The notes beneath the pieces were generated by a model. The model was not told where the DNA came from, made no database searches, and saw nothing but the letters and a program-made list of their open reading frames with translations. A stretch of DNA of 63,434 bases, filler included, from Basidiobolus ranarum (Eukaryota), in NCBI GenBank assembly GCA_040143965.1. It is 27 parts of 27 records of this genome, joined end to end, with 100 filler letters (N's around TTAATTAATTAA, not from the genome) between each part and the next. Parts side by side here need not be neighbours in the genome. Positions count along the whole stretch, not along the records: positions 49,461 to 51,708 come from JASJQH010010460.1; positions 51,809 to 54,055 come from JASJQH010010461.1; positions 54,156 to 56,400 come from JASJQH010010462.1; positions 56,501 to 58,745 come from JASJQH010010463.1; positions 58,846 to 61,090 come from JASJQH010010464.1; positions 61,191 to 63,434 come from JASJQH010010465.1; 21 more parts are not named here. The stretch is one strand, 5' to 3'. The position numbers were made by a program, and so were the translations under genes. Numbering within the stretch: the stretch's first letter is position 1; the number at the start of each line of letters is the position of its first letter. This document shows positions 49,461 through 62,560 of this stretch, one piece after another.

Positions 49461-51587
49461 CATCTCAGAGTCAGCTGATGATATTGAAGGGCTATACCTA
49501 AAATACCATCCTTATGTAGGAGGTGTTTTTTTTTCCACAATTTTCTTCTCATGCCACAACACAAATGTTTAAAGAAGCCTTGCTACTATTGTCACAAATT
49601 CTTGTTCTATGAAAGTTGGAGGCTTCATAGAAAAAATAATCACAAGCATGGTCACTGTACAAAGCCACCAGCTGCACAAAGCCTGGTAAATATCAACAGT
49701 ATTAAGTGCACAAAATTGACTTTATTTTTGCCCACTGAGTCCACTGACTGAACTTTGCATCAAAGTTTTGGTAACACTGCCAAAAGTCCAGATACTGTAG
49801 AGTGACCAGAGTTATATGACCTGAATGATGTAGATAGAAATGCAACTTTGGTCAAACCAGTAAATCTAGACCACTTTGAGGATGTGCCACTAGATGTTGA
49901 CCTTAGTTGTTCCAGTACTGATGGTGGTATATCATAGGTTAAAGAAGGAGACAATGGTTTTGTTACAGAGTCTTTGTTATTGGCTAACATTAGTCCACTC
50001 ATAACACTCAGAGTAAAGGAAGCAGCTTTGATTATTGAGGAGTGTAGTGTTCATTCCAATCTTAGCAACCAGATGTTTATTGGTTTTGATACACTTTTAC
50101 CAGAGTTGATTGGCAACTGTTGGTTACCACATTCCTGGTACAACCTGTAAATTTTACAACTTAAAATCCTTCAGCATTAAACTATCTTGCTGACTAAATG
50201 GGTGATTGGCTTTCACCAGTGATCTGAAAAACCAGATATCATGTACTGTTAGCATACAATTGGTAATCAATGAATCAGGTAATTATCATTCATATTTGGC
50301 TTACATTCCAATGATTGACCATCTTAAAGTGTTGATGAAATAACCTAAATATAGATAACTGATCCAATATCAAAGTACAAGTTGTTTGTGGGTATTGTTA
50401 ATATATTCTTATGGCATCAACTTACATTTGCAGATCTCATGCAGATACAACTACTGTGCAAAGATTCTGTAAATGGATATAAAAAACTTTATCACAGGTT
50501 CAAAGAACATAGACTGAATCTATGCTGGTTTTCAATACATTCCCTGCTGCATCTTTCACAATGCTTAGAGATTATAGGCTCTTGCTATATATTTTAGGAG
50601 TTTTCATAAGAGCACACCTGTGGTGAAATGATGCTCTGTGAAATTGTTAGTATTACCACATGCTAATCTGATTAATAATGTATTGGCAAAATCAGTGTTG
50701 GATATAATTCAATGGATTAAGGAAACTCCAGAATATATTAGCCTTCCACAAAGGGCTCTTTTGAATGTGCCTATGGGTTTTTGCATTGTTTGAGCGCAAT
50801 AACAGTAACAAAGCCCAATCAATGGACACAGAGTAAGTACCTCTATAATTGGACTAATTTGCTTGTGTGATAATCTGATGGTATTTTTAGGAAAGCAGCA
50901 AGACAGACTTCTTGAAGAGATAGATCAAGATACACAGTATTATTGTTTTAGCCATGGGGTAATATATTCAAGCAATGACACATCTACTTGTGGCAAGACA
51001 TTTGTTGACGGCAAGTTTGGGATATATTGGCTGAATTCTTTACAGAAATTTGCCAAAATCCAAGAGTTTATTCTCATTGTGAATGGTAACAAGAGTCAGC
51101 TATTTGCCAAGTGTCAGTGCAATTCAAACTTTCAGATGTTTAGCAATTTTTCTACTGTTAGTTGCTGGTAAAGCATATTGATGTTGTTGAGTTATATCTG
51201 ATAAGTCAAGTATGTGCATCTGTAGAGACTAAATACAACTAGATTCTTGTATTTTTTGATTCTTATTATGGCTGGAATACAAAGCCAAAAATATCAAAAT
51301 AAAAGCATGCATATTAATGCAAATTCCTACAGCAGTAAACCCAGTAATTTGTCATTCAAGAATTAGATCTTTGCAAAAATTGCCAGAAGTTAATAATGCA
51401 TGGCAAATATGAAGATCAATATTTTAACATGTATGAAAATTGATAAAATACTGTTAAAAAACCACCATCACACCATCAAAATTTCTGGCAGGATGTAAGC
51501 CTCCAATATTCTAATGGTTCTCTGATGGTTATGCACTTTAGAAGGGTGGATCCAAACAGGTTCAAATTGATTTTATTTTTGCTAGGG
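49461..51587 (+). mobile_element. Internally deleted CACTA/CMC copy, from upstream of the transposase ATG (49551) to the right terminus
   Basis: MPQHKCLKKPCYYCHKF start. Near 50380 it jumps from ..LIQYQST to LFVGIVNIFLWH, losing the catalytic core. Ends TTTTTGCTAGGG. Confidence 0.9.
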
Positions 51588-51808
51588 ATGCATAATGGTA
51601 CATTTTCTCAAACAAAACCCTGACTTTTCAGATTCTGTTAGTGATATCCATCAAGTACATTGGTAATACCATCAGCTTTAGGGTGAGAGCTTTTGTATTG
51701 AATCAATGNNNNNNNNNNNNNNNNNNNNNNNNNNNNNNNNNNNNNNNNNNNNTTAATTAATTAANNNNNNNNNNNNNNNNNNNNNNNNNNNNNNNNNNNN
51801 NNNNNNNN

Positions 51809-54055
51809 TAATGTCTGAGAAATTCTGAGATGTTTTTAGAATGATTTAGAGTAGTAGATTTGCTCAATATATCTGTATTGATCTGCAGGCCTAAAAAATA
51901 CATAAGTTCACCTAAATTGGTCATCTTGAATTGGACTGATAGATCTCTTTTGGTATTCCTGAGAGCTTCATCATTCTTGGTAGCTATAATCAGATCTTCT
52001 ACATATAAGGCAAGTATCACCTTACTGTCCTTATCTGTCTTAAAATAGATCCCAAAATCCTCCATACTCTTTTGGAAATCAAGTGATTCTTAGTATGGGT
52101 GTCTCAGTTTACCAGGACCCGGGTGATTGTTTAAGTCCATGAAGTGATTTTTGTAGCTTTCACATGCCACAGGGTGCTCAAGGTCCATAAAACCATCTGG
52201 CTGATCCATGAATATATCCTCTTCCAAGTCCCCATTCAAAAAAGCAGTTTCAACATCCATTTAATGGATATTGAAGCTGTGTTTTGCTGCTACTGCTAGT
52301 ATGGTTCTGATGTAATTAAACTTTGCTACAGGAGCAAATGCCTGATTGCAGTCCATGCGGTACCTCCAAAAACTCTGAGATAAACCACATCAGGTTTACT
52401 TCCAAACCAAGCTTGATAAGGTGTCATAGCCAATAGAGATCTAGCAGGACATCTATTCCTAATATATACTGCAGTTGGAACCAATTCAGCCCAGAACTGT
52501 GTTGTTAAATCTTGATCATGAAGCATAGATCTTGCCTGGTCCATTATTGATTTGTTTGCACATTCTGCTACTCCATTCTGCTGTGTAGAATATGGCACTG
52601 TAGTCTGCTGCTTTATCCCATGTGTTGAGCAGAAGTTAGAGAAGAGTTTGGAGGTATATTCCCCCATTGTCAGTACAGATAATCTTGATCTTTAGACCTG
52701 TTTCAGTCTCCACCATTGCCTTGAATTTCTTGAATGTATCAAAGCCTTCATCCTTGCTGGCCAGAAAGTACACCCAAGTATATTTTGTCTTATCATCAAT
52801 AAAGGCCATACATAACCTTTATCACCTAAGGATTTTGTCTGCATTGGGCTACCCAGATCTGAGTGCATCAGGCCTCATTTTTGATCAATTTTGCCCATTC
52901 CAGAGCCCACAAACTGCTGTGTGTGTTGCACACCATAAAGGCAACCTTCACATAGCTCCAGCTCTGGTAGAAGTATCAAATTTAGCCCCAAAACCATCTT
53001 ATCTTTGATTACATTTCTAATATTTTTAGCTCCTAGATAACCCAATCTCCTATGCTGGATTTTCCAGTCTGTCTCTTCAGCTGCGGCAGTATTACCTTGT
53101 TAATATATTGGCCTAATATAATAATGTTTATACAAGTTATTTTGCTTAGCTCCAGAAGCCACATATTTCCCTTTTTGATCCCTGATTGTACAGCCATTGT
53201 GATCAAAATTATAGCTATATCCCTCAGATGTAGTTTTACTCATTAATGACAAATTTTTTGCTATCCCAGGCACATATAGCACATTTTTTAAGAGTCAAAT
53301 ACATGTCCCCAGAGATACCCCCAAGATCTACTTCAATTTCTGCCACTCCCAGAGCTTCTAGTAGCCAGTCATCTCCCATATAAACCTTTTTCTTTATGTC
53401 AGTTTTGAGTGTCTTAAACCAGTTTTTTTGCGAAGAGAAATGTTGCAAGGCTCTAGAATCAATATACCACAACCTGCAGTCTTGTTCAGAGGTCACTGAT
53501 AGGGCAGAAATGAATAAAACGTCCTCTTTGGTTGAAACCTGATATGCTTGTTCTGACTTCTCATTTTTGTTGTAATTTTTTGATTTGGAATCTTTTAACT
53601 GGAGTACTGGCTTGTTACAACCATAGCATAAAGCTGGTTTCCTTCTTCTGTAACCTTTATACTTGCCAATGCTATGTTTTTCAGCTCCAAAAAGAGCCAC
53701 TCCCTCAGATTCTTTTTCCAAATTCTTACTTCCGAGGCATTGATCCATTAGCCTTGCCACCACAAACTCCAAAGACACCTTGTCTGATCTTGCTTCCAAA
53801 GCTTTGACCAAGTTCAAATACTGTTCTGGTAGACTACTTAGAAGAGTCATAATGACATCTTCTTCCTGTGGAGGTTCACCAATATTGTCCAGTTATTTTG
53901 CCAAAGATCTCACATATGCAATATGAATAACCATTCTTTCAGACTTTTCCATCTTTATATTGAAGAATTTTCTTCTGACTAAGAGTCTATTAGCAAAACT
54001 CTATGCTTCATAACACTCTTCCAATATGGTTCAAGTTTGATGGGAAGTCTTTGCA
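51809..54055 (-). mobile_element. Degenerate Ty1/copia gag-PR-IN-RT with an internal deletion near 52330
   Basis: [91 protein letters not shown]. Confidence 0.93.
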
Positions 54056-55622
54056 NNNNNNNNNNNNNNNNNNNNNNNNNNNNNNNNNNNNNNNNNNNNT
54101 TAATTAATTAANNNNNNNNNNNNNNNNNNNNNNNNNNNNNNNNNNNNNNNNNNNNCTGCGCGGATATCCAAAATTTTCAAGGCTATAAAATACACATAAT
54201 AAATTGAAATTGTTCCTATAAATACTTTTTCTAACTCAAGTCGGGAATGGATAATATTTGTTTCTCAATTCTTTATAGTTTTAAATGCTCTGTAGCGCTG
54301 TAAGAATTAGATATATTTTCTAATTTGATCAACTGTAAGCAGCAATATGCGATCTTGATCTCTTGAATCTGCATTGAGATTTGGATCACATAGTTATTTT
54401 GGAGGCAATACCTAAAATGGAAGCTTCAATTTTGCACCAAATTATTTTGTATAGAATGCAAATGCAAATGATCCAAACTAAGCCATTTTTAGCCAACTCG
54501 TGTGGTAAAACACCTCTTATGGTAGTCCTTCAACTGGTCTGGTAATATCTATTTGTTCAATACGATTCGAATTTTGAGGCAGATGGGATCGGGATCCAAA
54601 GAACTATAGGCTTCAGTACAAAGAAGTATATACACAAGAACTGATTTGTATCTGAGAACTCCACCATCCAATTGCAACTCGTAAATTATGGAACGAAGCG
54701 AGTGTGACAGGCACGCATAATAAATTTGCTCGTATTAACACTCGAGTATTCCATTTTCCAAACTGGCCAAGTGCTTCTTACTACTGGTCAGCATATTACT
54801 ACCAGTGAATACGTTGCCCCGAGTTAACCAGAGGTTCCCTCCACTGCCTTTATCCAATGAAATTACCACTTAACTTTTGCTGTAACAGATATAGAATGCA
54901 TGAACAGAGGCACGGTGAAGTTTTCACCATTTCCTATAAGATCTTCAGAACCAGTAGTAGTCCATCTTCTCACACACCACTATCAAGTTAACCCCGATAT
55001 ATATTCAATTTATTAGCGATATCAGTAAAAATATCAGAGAGTATATTGTGTAATTATTTTTCCTTTGGAAAGTAGAGCTTACGCAATCGGAATGTATGTT
55101 TAAAATTTGCCGTTATGTGTTTAGATGTTATCATACCCCAAGTGCTTGGGTATTAGACAGCCAAAATCAGCAACTAGGGATGGTTGTCAAACTACACTGT
55201 CTCATTTCAAATCTCCTAGTTCTGGTGCATTAAGTTATAGTTTCTTCTCTAAATGATAATGCAAGCGAAATATATCATTTCAATCCCACTCCACATAATC
55301 TATACTCGATAAAATCATTTCGCGGCCTCTTTTAAACCATTATATGACTTGAAATTGATTGGACTAATCGACCCACAACTAATACCATTGGTTTATTCCC
55401 ACAAATCGCCATCAAGTACCCATCGGATTGAATCTTAATTCAAGTACTCTACCAATAAATGAAACTGAGAACATGCGTACCTATACATCAAAACTAACTA
55501 TGGTAGTTCCACTTATGGTTCTCATGATAAACACATCGATCAGAATGGAAAAAACGGCCTGGGATCTGGAAGTGACTTTGAAGGACTGCTATCAAAGACG
55601 GAGAGAGGAGGTTACAAATTCG

Positions 55623-55630
55623 TATAAATA
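55623..55630 (+). promoter_or_regulatory. Putative TATA box of the CHAP gene
   Basis: TATAAATA about 70 bp upstream of an ATG in AACATGG context. Confidence 0.6.
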
Positions 55631-55697
55631 CGGTGGATAGGAGTTATGTACAAATCAGTACTGGTTTACTATTAGAAGTCTACTATTCGAAATCAAC

Positions 55698-56243
55698 ATG
55701 GCCAAATTTACATTTGCATTATCTTGTGTCTTCCTCGCAGTCACTGCTTTCGTGGCATCTTCAGTAGAGGCTCTACCAACTCACGGCACTGCTGTTGCTC
55801 CTAGCTCGTTGAATCAAACTCATTTGGCTAGTACATCAACATCAAGCAAACTCGCCAATATCAGTGTACTCACCTCGTGCTCTCGCAGCTTCCGCTTCAA
55901 TAATGGCCAGTGCACAGATTGGGCTGATGCTCGTTACTACGAGCTTACCTGCCAGCACACTGAATGGTGGGGTGATGCTCGCACCTGGCCAGACAGTGCC
56001 CGCAATGTCAATGGATGGGTAGTCTCGAGTCAACCTCGTGTTCCCTCCATCATCGTCATTCAACCAGGCTACCAGGGTTGTGGCTCTACTGGCCATGTTG
56101 CCGTTGTTGAGAGTATCAATAATGACGGTAGTGTGTACACTAGCAACTGGAACTACGAGTTCAACGGACAAGGTGGAGTCTATACCACCTCCTATGGTAA
56201 CTTCAACACCGGTAGTGGTGTATCCTTCCTTTGGCATCAATAG
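55698..56243 (+). CDS. Secreted CHAP-domain (Cys/His-dependent) peptidoglycan amidase/peptidase, 181 aa, intronless
   Basis: Signal peptide, Ser/Thr-rich spacer, then GQCTDWA (catalytic Cys), WWGDARTW, PRVPSIIVIQPG, GHVAVVE (catalytic His), GSVYTSNWNY. Confidence 0.93.
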   Translation: MAKFTFALSCVFLAVTAFVASSVEALPTHGTAVAPSSLNQTHLASTSTSSKLANISVLTSCSRSFRFNNGQCTDWADARYYELTCQHTEWWGDARTWPDSARNVNGWVVSSQPRVPSIIVIQPGYQGCGSTGHVAVVESINNDGSVYTSNWNYEFNGQGGVYTTSYGNFNTGSGVSFLWHQ

Positions 56244-56289
56244 ATTGAAGGTCAGGCTACCAAAGATTTTAGAATAGAAAATATATCTG

Positions 56290-56400
56290 CTGCGCGGATA
56301 TCCAAAATTTTCAAGGCTATAAAATACACATAATAAATTGAAATTGTTCCTATAAATACTTTTTCTAACTCAAGTCGGGAATGGATAATATTTGTTTCTC
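56290..56400 (+). repeat. 111-bp exact terminal direct repeat of this contig (same as 54156-54266)
   Basis: CTGCGCGGATATCC...ATTTGTTTCTC at both contig ends. Confidence 0.97.
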
Positions 56401-56500
56401 NNNNNNNNNNNNNNNNNNNNNNNNNNNNNNNNNNNNNNNNNNNNTTAATTAATTAANNNNNNNNNNNNNNNNNNNNNNNNNNNNNNNNNNNNNNNNNNNN

Positions 56501-56746
56501 AACCACTTCCAACAGGCTCCCAAATACGTTAAAAGTTAGTTATATAGATTTTTCAAAGAGGCCGCAAACTTTGCACACATGTTCCTGGGATCTTCCTTAG
56601 CATATTCTACATGTTATTTTGTTTACATCTTGACAAAACTATAAATGTCAACTTTCTACTTTCCACTCAATAAATCAACAAGTGAAAACCACCAATTTCT
56701 CTAATACTCCCAACCACTTCCAACAGGCTCCCAAAATACTTTAACA
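56501..56746 (+). mobile_element. Two nested copia LTR 3' ends
   Basis: AACCACTTCCAACAGGCTCCCAAA occurs at 56501 and 56712; the second ends ACTTTAACA. Confidence 0.88.
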
Positions 56747-58845
56747 GAGACAGTATTATCAATAGTTCCCGAAGTACCATTCTTTTCTATAATTAAACAG
56801 GATTTCAGGAACTTGAAAATCTAATATAACAATATTAGTTTTAAAGAAACTAATTTACCCATATCCTGAGGATTATACTTTGAGAAAAATTCATTATATT
56901 TGAATAACATAAACGAATTCACATTTGAACTGTCTCTACACTGTCTTCACAAGGACAGGTACAAATTGAATCTTGATGAAACTTTCTAATGGATCTATAT
57001 TACATGCCAATTTGACCTTAGTTATTATATCTCCAAAAGAATGGAGCACATTTCCCTTTCTGGACACCTGAAAGGGGTTTTTTAATACAATATACATATC
57101 TCTTTGCATTAATCAATCAAGACCAACTAGCCACATACGACCCTCCTAAGTACCTTTGGTATCTTTAAACACTTATATATTGCTTGAGTGTACAGCAATT
57201 GTTACTGATACCAAGCAAGTCAAAGACAAATCATGGACATATATGAAATGTTTTCAAAGATTCTAGAGGCTATAGGGCGACCAAGGGTAATGTTAGATTT
57301 TGTGCCAAATCATGGATGACTTATTTATATATTGCATTTATTCTCACTAGAGAATCTTAGTTTACTTCGCGAGTTCTGAATATTGTTGAAATGGGGGGGT
57401 TGAAGATGTACGGATTACCTCAAGCCCAAGGTTATGAACATAATGGCAATATGACTTCAGCCCGATGTTGGTCCATTCGCCTAGCACAATCACAAAACGT
57501 TCAATAGAATCTGAGACAGATCTTAATTTGAGGCAATCCATATATGGTGTCTATTTGAGCAAATCATATCAACACCATACCTGCTTTAACTGGCAGTCTG
57601 ACTGTGATTAATGGAGAGTCTCTGGCTTCGCCTTGTGGGGTTGTCATTCGTAGTAGTGCTAATTCAAACGATCATTTCCTAATATAGAACACCCCCATTC
57701 ATCTGGAATTTATTAAGTCAGAAACAAGAACTATTCTTGATTACCGTCCATTCATATTATAATTAATAAGCAAGACCCAGTATCTTGCAGACGTGACAGA
57801 AACGTTGTCTTCTACACAATTGCCTAGAATCATCATTAGGGAATGCACATTCAAATGAAACACCGCAAAGGTTTTCACGAATTTCTGGCTTCCATATGGA
57901 CCATCAACCCAAACCTCGCGCGGGAGGACGATTGAAGCACTTAGAACTACATTTGTGGGCAGTAGCTTGTGTTATCCCCGCCATGAATGGGCTGTTTTGG
58001 CGCATGTTGATGTAACAGTTGCCGGACAAATAATCACTGTACAACAGGCATTGAAATAAGTGATTTAATAAGTTTTCTTAAGAATCGGCGAGTTGGCATA
58101 TTCTTCCTAATTGACGATACTTGACGCATCCCTCAAAGCTTCGTTTCGATTTGCCCGCAAGACATCGATGTACTAGGCGAGGAATTCCAACTGACTGCCG
58201 GCTTTTTTTAATTTCCTTCAATTTAACTTGCCATCCTGCCAACATAGGTTTCATCATGGACTGATGATCAACCTGCCTCACCCATTTTTCGCTGCGCATC
58301 ATTTGTGGTTAGCCTGTGCCATTGGAGGATACGGATTCATTGACCAACCTTGCACCTTATTCCCCATAGATAAACCCGGCTCCAGATCTAGACCAAGATG
58401 AGCAAATGTCTGAAGAGTGATGAATAAAGTTTCGTTTGAGAGATGTGACACACGATTCAACGTTAGGCCAATGCATACGATGTTCCATCAGAAGCCGCAT
58501 TGTATCTTCCCTTAATATGAGGTGGCGTGTAGATGGTGATACCCCCAATCTCGTCTCCCTCTTCACACACAGATTGCTCGTAAGATCTTTGCTCACTGAT
58601 GCTATCTTGATCTTATGTCTAAATCCAGTAATTTAGGGCTTCATGAGGAATTCCGGTTGGATTGTTTCTTACTTTAGACAGAAATACATCCTTTCCACAT
58701 CAAGTGATCTGTCCGCCGTTCGGGAAATGGATTGAGGTGGGACATNNNNNNNNNNNNNNNNNNNNNNNNNNNNNNNNNNNNNNNNNNNNTTAATTAATTA
58801 ANNNNNNNNNNNNNNNNNNNNNNNNNNNNNNNNNNNNNNNNNNNN

Positions 58846-59270
58846 CAGATAGCTGGAAGTATGTTGATTCAGCAACATTAATACAATGGTGGGCTTTGAT
58901 GGAAATATTGATGCAAACTAATATGGGATATGAGCGAATCCTGGGGTATTAAGAACCCCATCAAAATATTCAGGTGAATATATCAAAGAAACTAGGGAAT
59001 TTTGAAGGTGAAAAATTAGTGATGAAGTGGTAAATGTGCACAATTTGAGTTATGTTTTTTGCACTTGTGTTGATCCATAATTTTTGAGATTGCACCCAAT
59101 CCTATGCTACTATTTTGCAGGATCTTGAAATTTCACTCCTGAAACTGAAAGTAGTAACAAACATCCAATCTAATTTGATGATTTCATGATGGTAAGTAAA
59201 CAGTCAGTTGAAAATGGATTAAAATTGTGATGGATTTCTTTCAATATCAATCCTCAAGTTTCTGTTAGGG
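58846..59270 (+). mobile_element. CACTA second-ORF end and reversed left terminus
   Basis: Co-linear with 40420-40844; ends TCTGTTAGGG. Confidence 0.85.
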
Positions 59271-60700
59271 TATCTGTCTCTCACTTGAGAGTGCTTGGAT
59301 GGAAAGCTTATGCACACATACCCAAGGTGTGCTCTAAGAAAAGAGAATGTCTGCTTATTAGATACTTTCATTAAACATAAATCTACCACATGTATGATAT
59401 GAAAACTAACACTATGCTCAAAGCAGGGATGTGGTGCCTTATGAAATATGGTCCAATACTTATAATCAGGACTCCATGACTTTTGTGGGTAAGGAGGAAG
59501 TCAATTTAGCAGCTGAAGAGCATTTGGGTGCATCTGCCTAATCTGATCATCTTAAGGATGAAAATTATGATGAAGGAGCTGCAGTACTTGTGGAAGTGTC
59601 TGTAAACCATACCAATACAACAAAAAAATACCGCCACCCTAAGAAACATCATACTAAGTGATGGAAGACTACCAATGACTAAGCAAACATGGCTAGCGGT
59701 GAAACAGTATATGAAGCACTTGAAGGTGAAGATAATGAGCACTGGAAGAACACTGCTGGTGAAATATACAATTCCCTAATGTTAAGTAGAACATGACTTG
59801 GTGAAATTGCCAGCTGAGAAAAAGCTTGGATTTGAACTTGCTTGGAACAGAAGATGAAAGATCATCAACACAAATTAGAGGATTTACAATATTAACACTT
59901 TAGCTAGATATAAGATGCTAGATGATAAATCTGTGCCTGCTCTAATGGATATGAATGTTAAGCTGACTAGGAAAGTTTTGCTTGTTCTATGAAAGAAAAA
60001 GACACAATGGACACTGAGCCTTATCAAGCAGCTGTAGGAAGTTTTTCTATGCTATGACAGTACTTGGGCCAGATATTGCATATGCCCTAGGAGCTGTGAG
60101 TCAATACTTGATTAGTCCCAGAAGATCATACTGGACTGCTGTTAAAAGATTTTTTTGCTATTGGTAAAAAAATGGAAGACTATTGTCTTCAATACTGGCC
60201 CTTAACTCATGACCACTTACTTTTATAAAGTCAGTGACTCTCATGGGGTTGGTGATCTGGGTAAACAAGGATCTCAAACTGGGTATATTTTTATCATGGG
60301 AAAAGGAGCTGTTTTGTGGAAAAACAGGAAAATACCTACCATAGCCATATAAGCAACTGAAGAAGAATATAAAGCTGTAACTGAAGCTACAAAAGAGGCC
60401 ATATGATTAATAAGCCTCCTTGAAAGCCTGAGCTTCAAGCAGTCCAGACCTATGATTATCAATGTAAACAATCAACAACATATATATTGCCCAAGAATTC
60501 TGCTTTCCACAGTTGGTAAAAGTACATTTATATTCACCATTATTGTGAGAGAGAAGCTTGAAGAAGATATCACTCAACTTGAATATTGTCAGACAGAAAA
60601 TATGATTGCCAAAGCCCTGACCAAAATATTTTGAGAGCAGAGGCTTAGCAAATTTGTGAGCTTGTTTGGATTTCAAAGTTCCCAACAACAATAATTAGGA
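59271..60700 (+). mobile_element. Highly degenerate Ty1/copia IN-RT-RNase H
   Basis: SHLRVLGWKAYAHIPK, PYQAAVGS, TGYIF, EEEYKAVTEATKEAI*L, ENMIAKALTK. Confidence 0.85.
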
Positions 60701-61646
60701 AGAGCAATGGAATATACTAAGTTAGATGATTAGTCAGCAGCTTTAGTCATTATTATTGTTTACTACAGCTTATCAAGATGATCAGCTCATCATCAAGATG
60801 TATTTACAGTTAGTAATCTTATAGATCAGAATCTTTATTACTAATATATTCAAACATGATCACTCATATGTTTTGGGAAGTAATGAGTCATTAAATTTTG
60901 CCTTTGCCACATTGTGTTTGTAGTATATTGATATGTAATTTTCTCAATAAGGATCTGGACAAGAACTGGAAACAACAAAAAGAGGCTAGAAGGCAGGAGA
61001 GTACTTGGGTGTAGACCACAAGCCAAGACAAGACAAGACTGGACAAGGAAGATACTTTGGCAAGAATCTTTATTGATAACTGGCGTTGATNNNNNNNNNN
61101 NNNNNNNNNNNNNNNNNNNNNNNNNNNNNNNNNNTTAATTAATTAANNNNNNNNNNNNNNNNNNNNNNNNNNNNNNNNNNNNNNNNNNNNGGGACATGTG
61201 CAGGGTGATGACGCATTGACTCTATGCATGGTTATTCAACTAATGATCATTCATTTAGTGTTTGAGTTGAGCACAGTTCAAATACTGATATGACTTGTAA
61301 AACAATACTTTCGTTAATATCAAGGTGCTTTTATGTTTGTATATACTTGTACGTCTAACAAACAGGGCTTAGCCAAACTGATGAAAAATGCTTCATAGAT
61401 ACTTCTATGTGTGTTTCAAGTATCACGGTCTTTTTTCGATGGTCGAACAATCAAAGCTCATTGTACTACTGCTCTAGGATTATCTGAGAGCCTGTCTTTG
61501 GCATCTACTATATCAGTACATGACTTTACTTACAAGATGCTTTTGTTAACGTTGCAATACTTTGAGGACTATTTACTATTACGTAAGATTCTTTGATATA
61601 TTTCATATTTTTCTTCGAAGTCAAATTTTACAGAGCTAGTTCTTAC

Positions 61647-62560
61647 TGTTGAAAGAAACATAGCTAAAGCACATATATAGTCATATATAGCTAAAGTATT
61701 TACTTATCCTATATTCAACTAAGATATCACCCTCTATTTTCATGAGGAGCTCACTTAGAATATTGACACCTACTTAGAAGTTCTCAGATATATAAATATT
61801 TCACACTTGTGTTAGAGGCCCTAAACTCTGTGCACATGTTCCTAGTATTGAAGTTGGTATTACTTGAACACCTATATGGTTATTTATAGTTTAGTATTTA
61901 GTTATTCTATATTGAGCTAAGATATCACCCACTATTTTCAATCAGAATTTACTTAAAATATTGACACCAACATAGAAGTTCTCAGATATGTAGATTTTTC
62001 CAAACTTGTGCTAGTAGCCCCAAACTTTGCACTCATGTTCCTGGGACCCTACTTGACAAGCTCTACATCTTGGTATGCTTACTTCTCGGCAAAACTACAG
62101 ATGTTAAATTTTTACTCAATAAATCGGCAAATGAAAACCACCAAGTTCTATAAAACTAATGACAAATTTGGAAAATTCAAATCATAATGCTGCTGCAAGA
62201 AAAAAAACTTTAGAAAATTGTTGAAGGCAAAGAAAACAATGCAAAGCTGTCTGAAACCAAAGTTGCTATCAAGGTTAAGACAGAATAAAGTGCCTTCAAT
62301 ACATTTTGTCTTAATGTTACCAACAAGTTGCTAATTCAATGTTGAAGAGCTAAAGCTGCCAAATAGGTATGGAAAGCCCTTAAAGATATCTACAAATGTG
62401 TTTCTCTCAACTAGTAGCTTCTAAGAAGAACAATCTTGAGCTTAAAAATGAAGCCAGGAGAAGATATTGAATCTGCAATCAATAAAGTCAATATTTTTGG
62501 GGATGAAGTAGAATGCATTGGAGTACCTACCATTAATCAGGATTGCATAGTCCCTATGAA
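61647..62560 (+). mobile_element. Two nested copia LTR fragments (61647-61845, 61846-62150) and a gag fragment
   Basis: TGTTGAA start and the LTR core AGAAGTTCTCAGAT..CCCAAACTTTGCAC twice. LKMKPGEDIES..DEVECIGVPT matches the gag at 48530-49012. Confidence 0.85.

Noticed and set aside
55842-56277. Overlapping ORFs 55842-56240(-) and 56038-56277(+)
   Set aside because: Shadow frames of the CHAP gene with no recognisable motifs.
2262-61190. Regularly spaced TTAATTAATTAA palindromes about every 2.35 kb as a biological array
   Set aside because: They are embedded in fixed N runs, put stops in all frames and separate length-sorted contigs, so they are an assembly concatenation linker.
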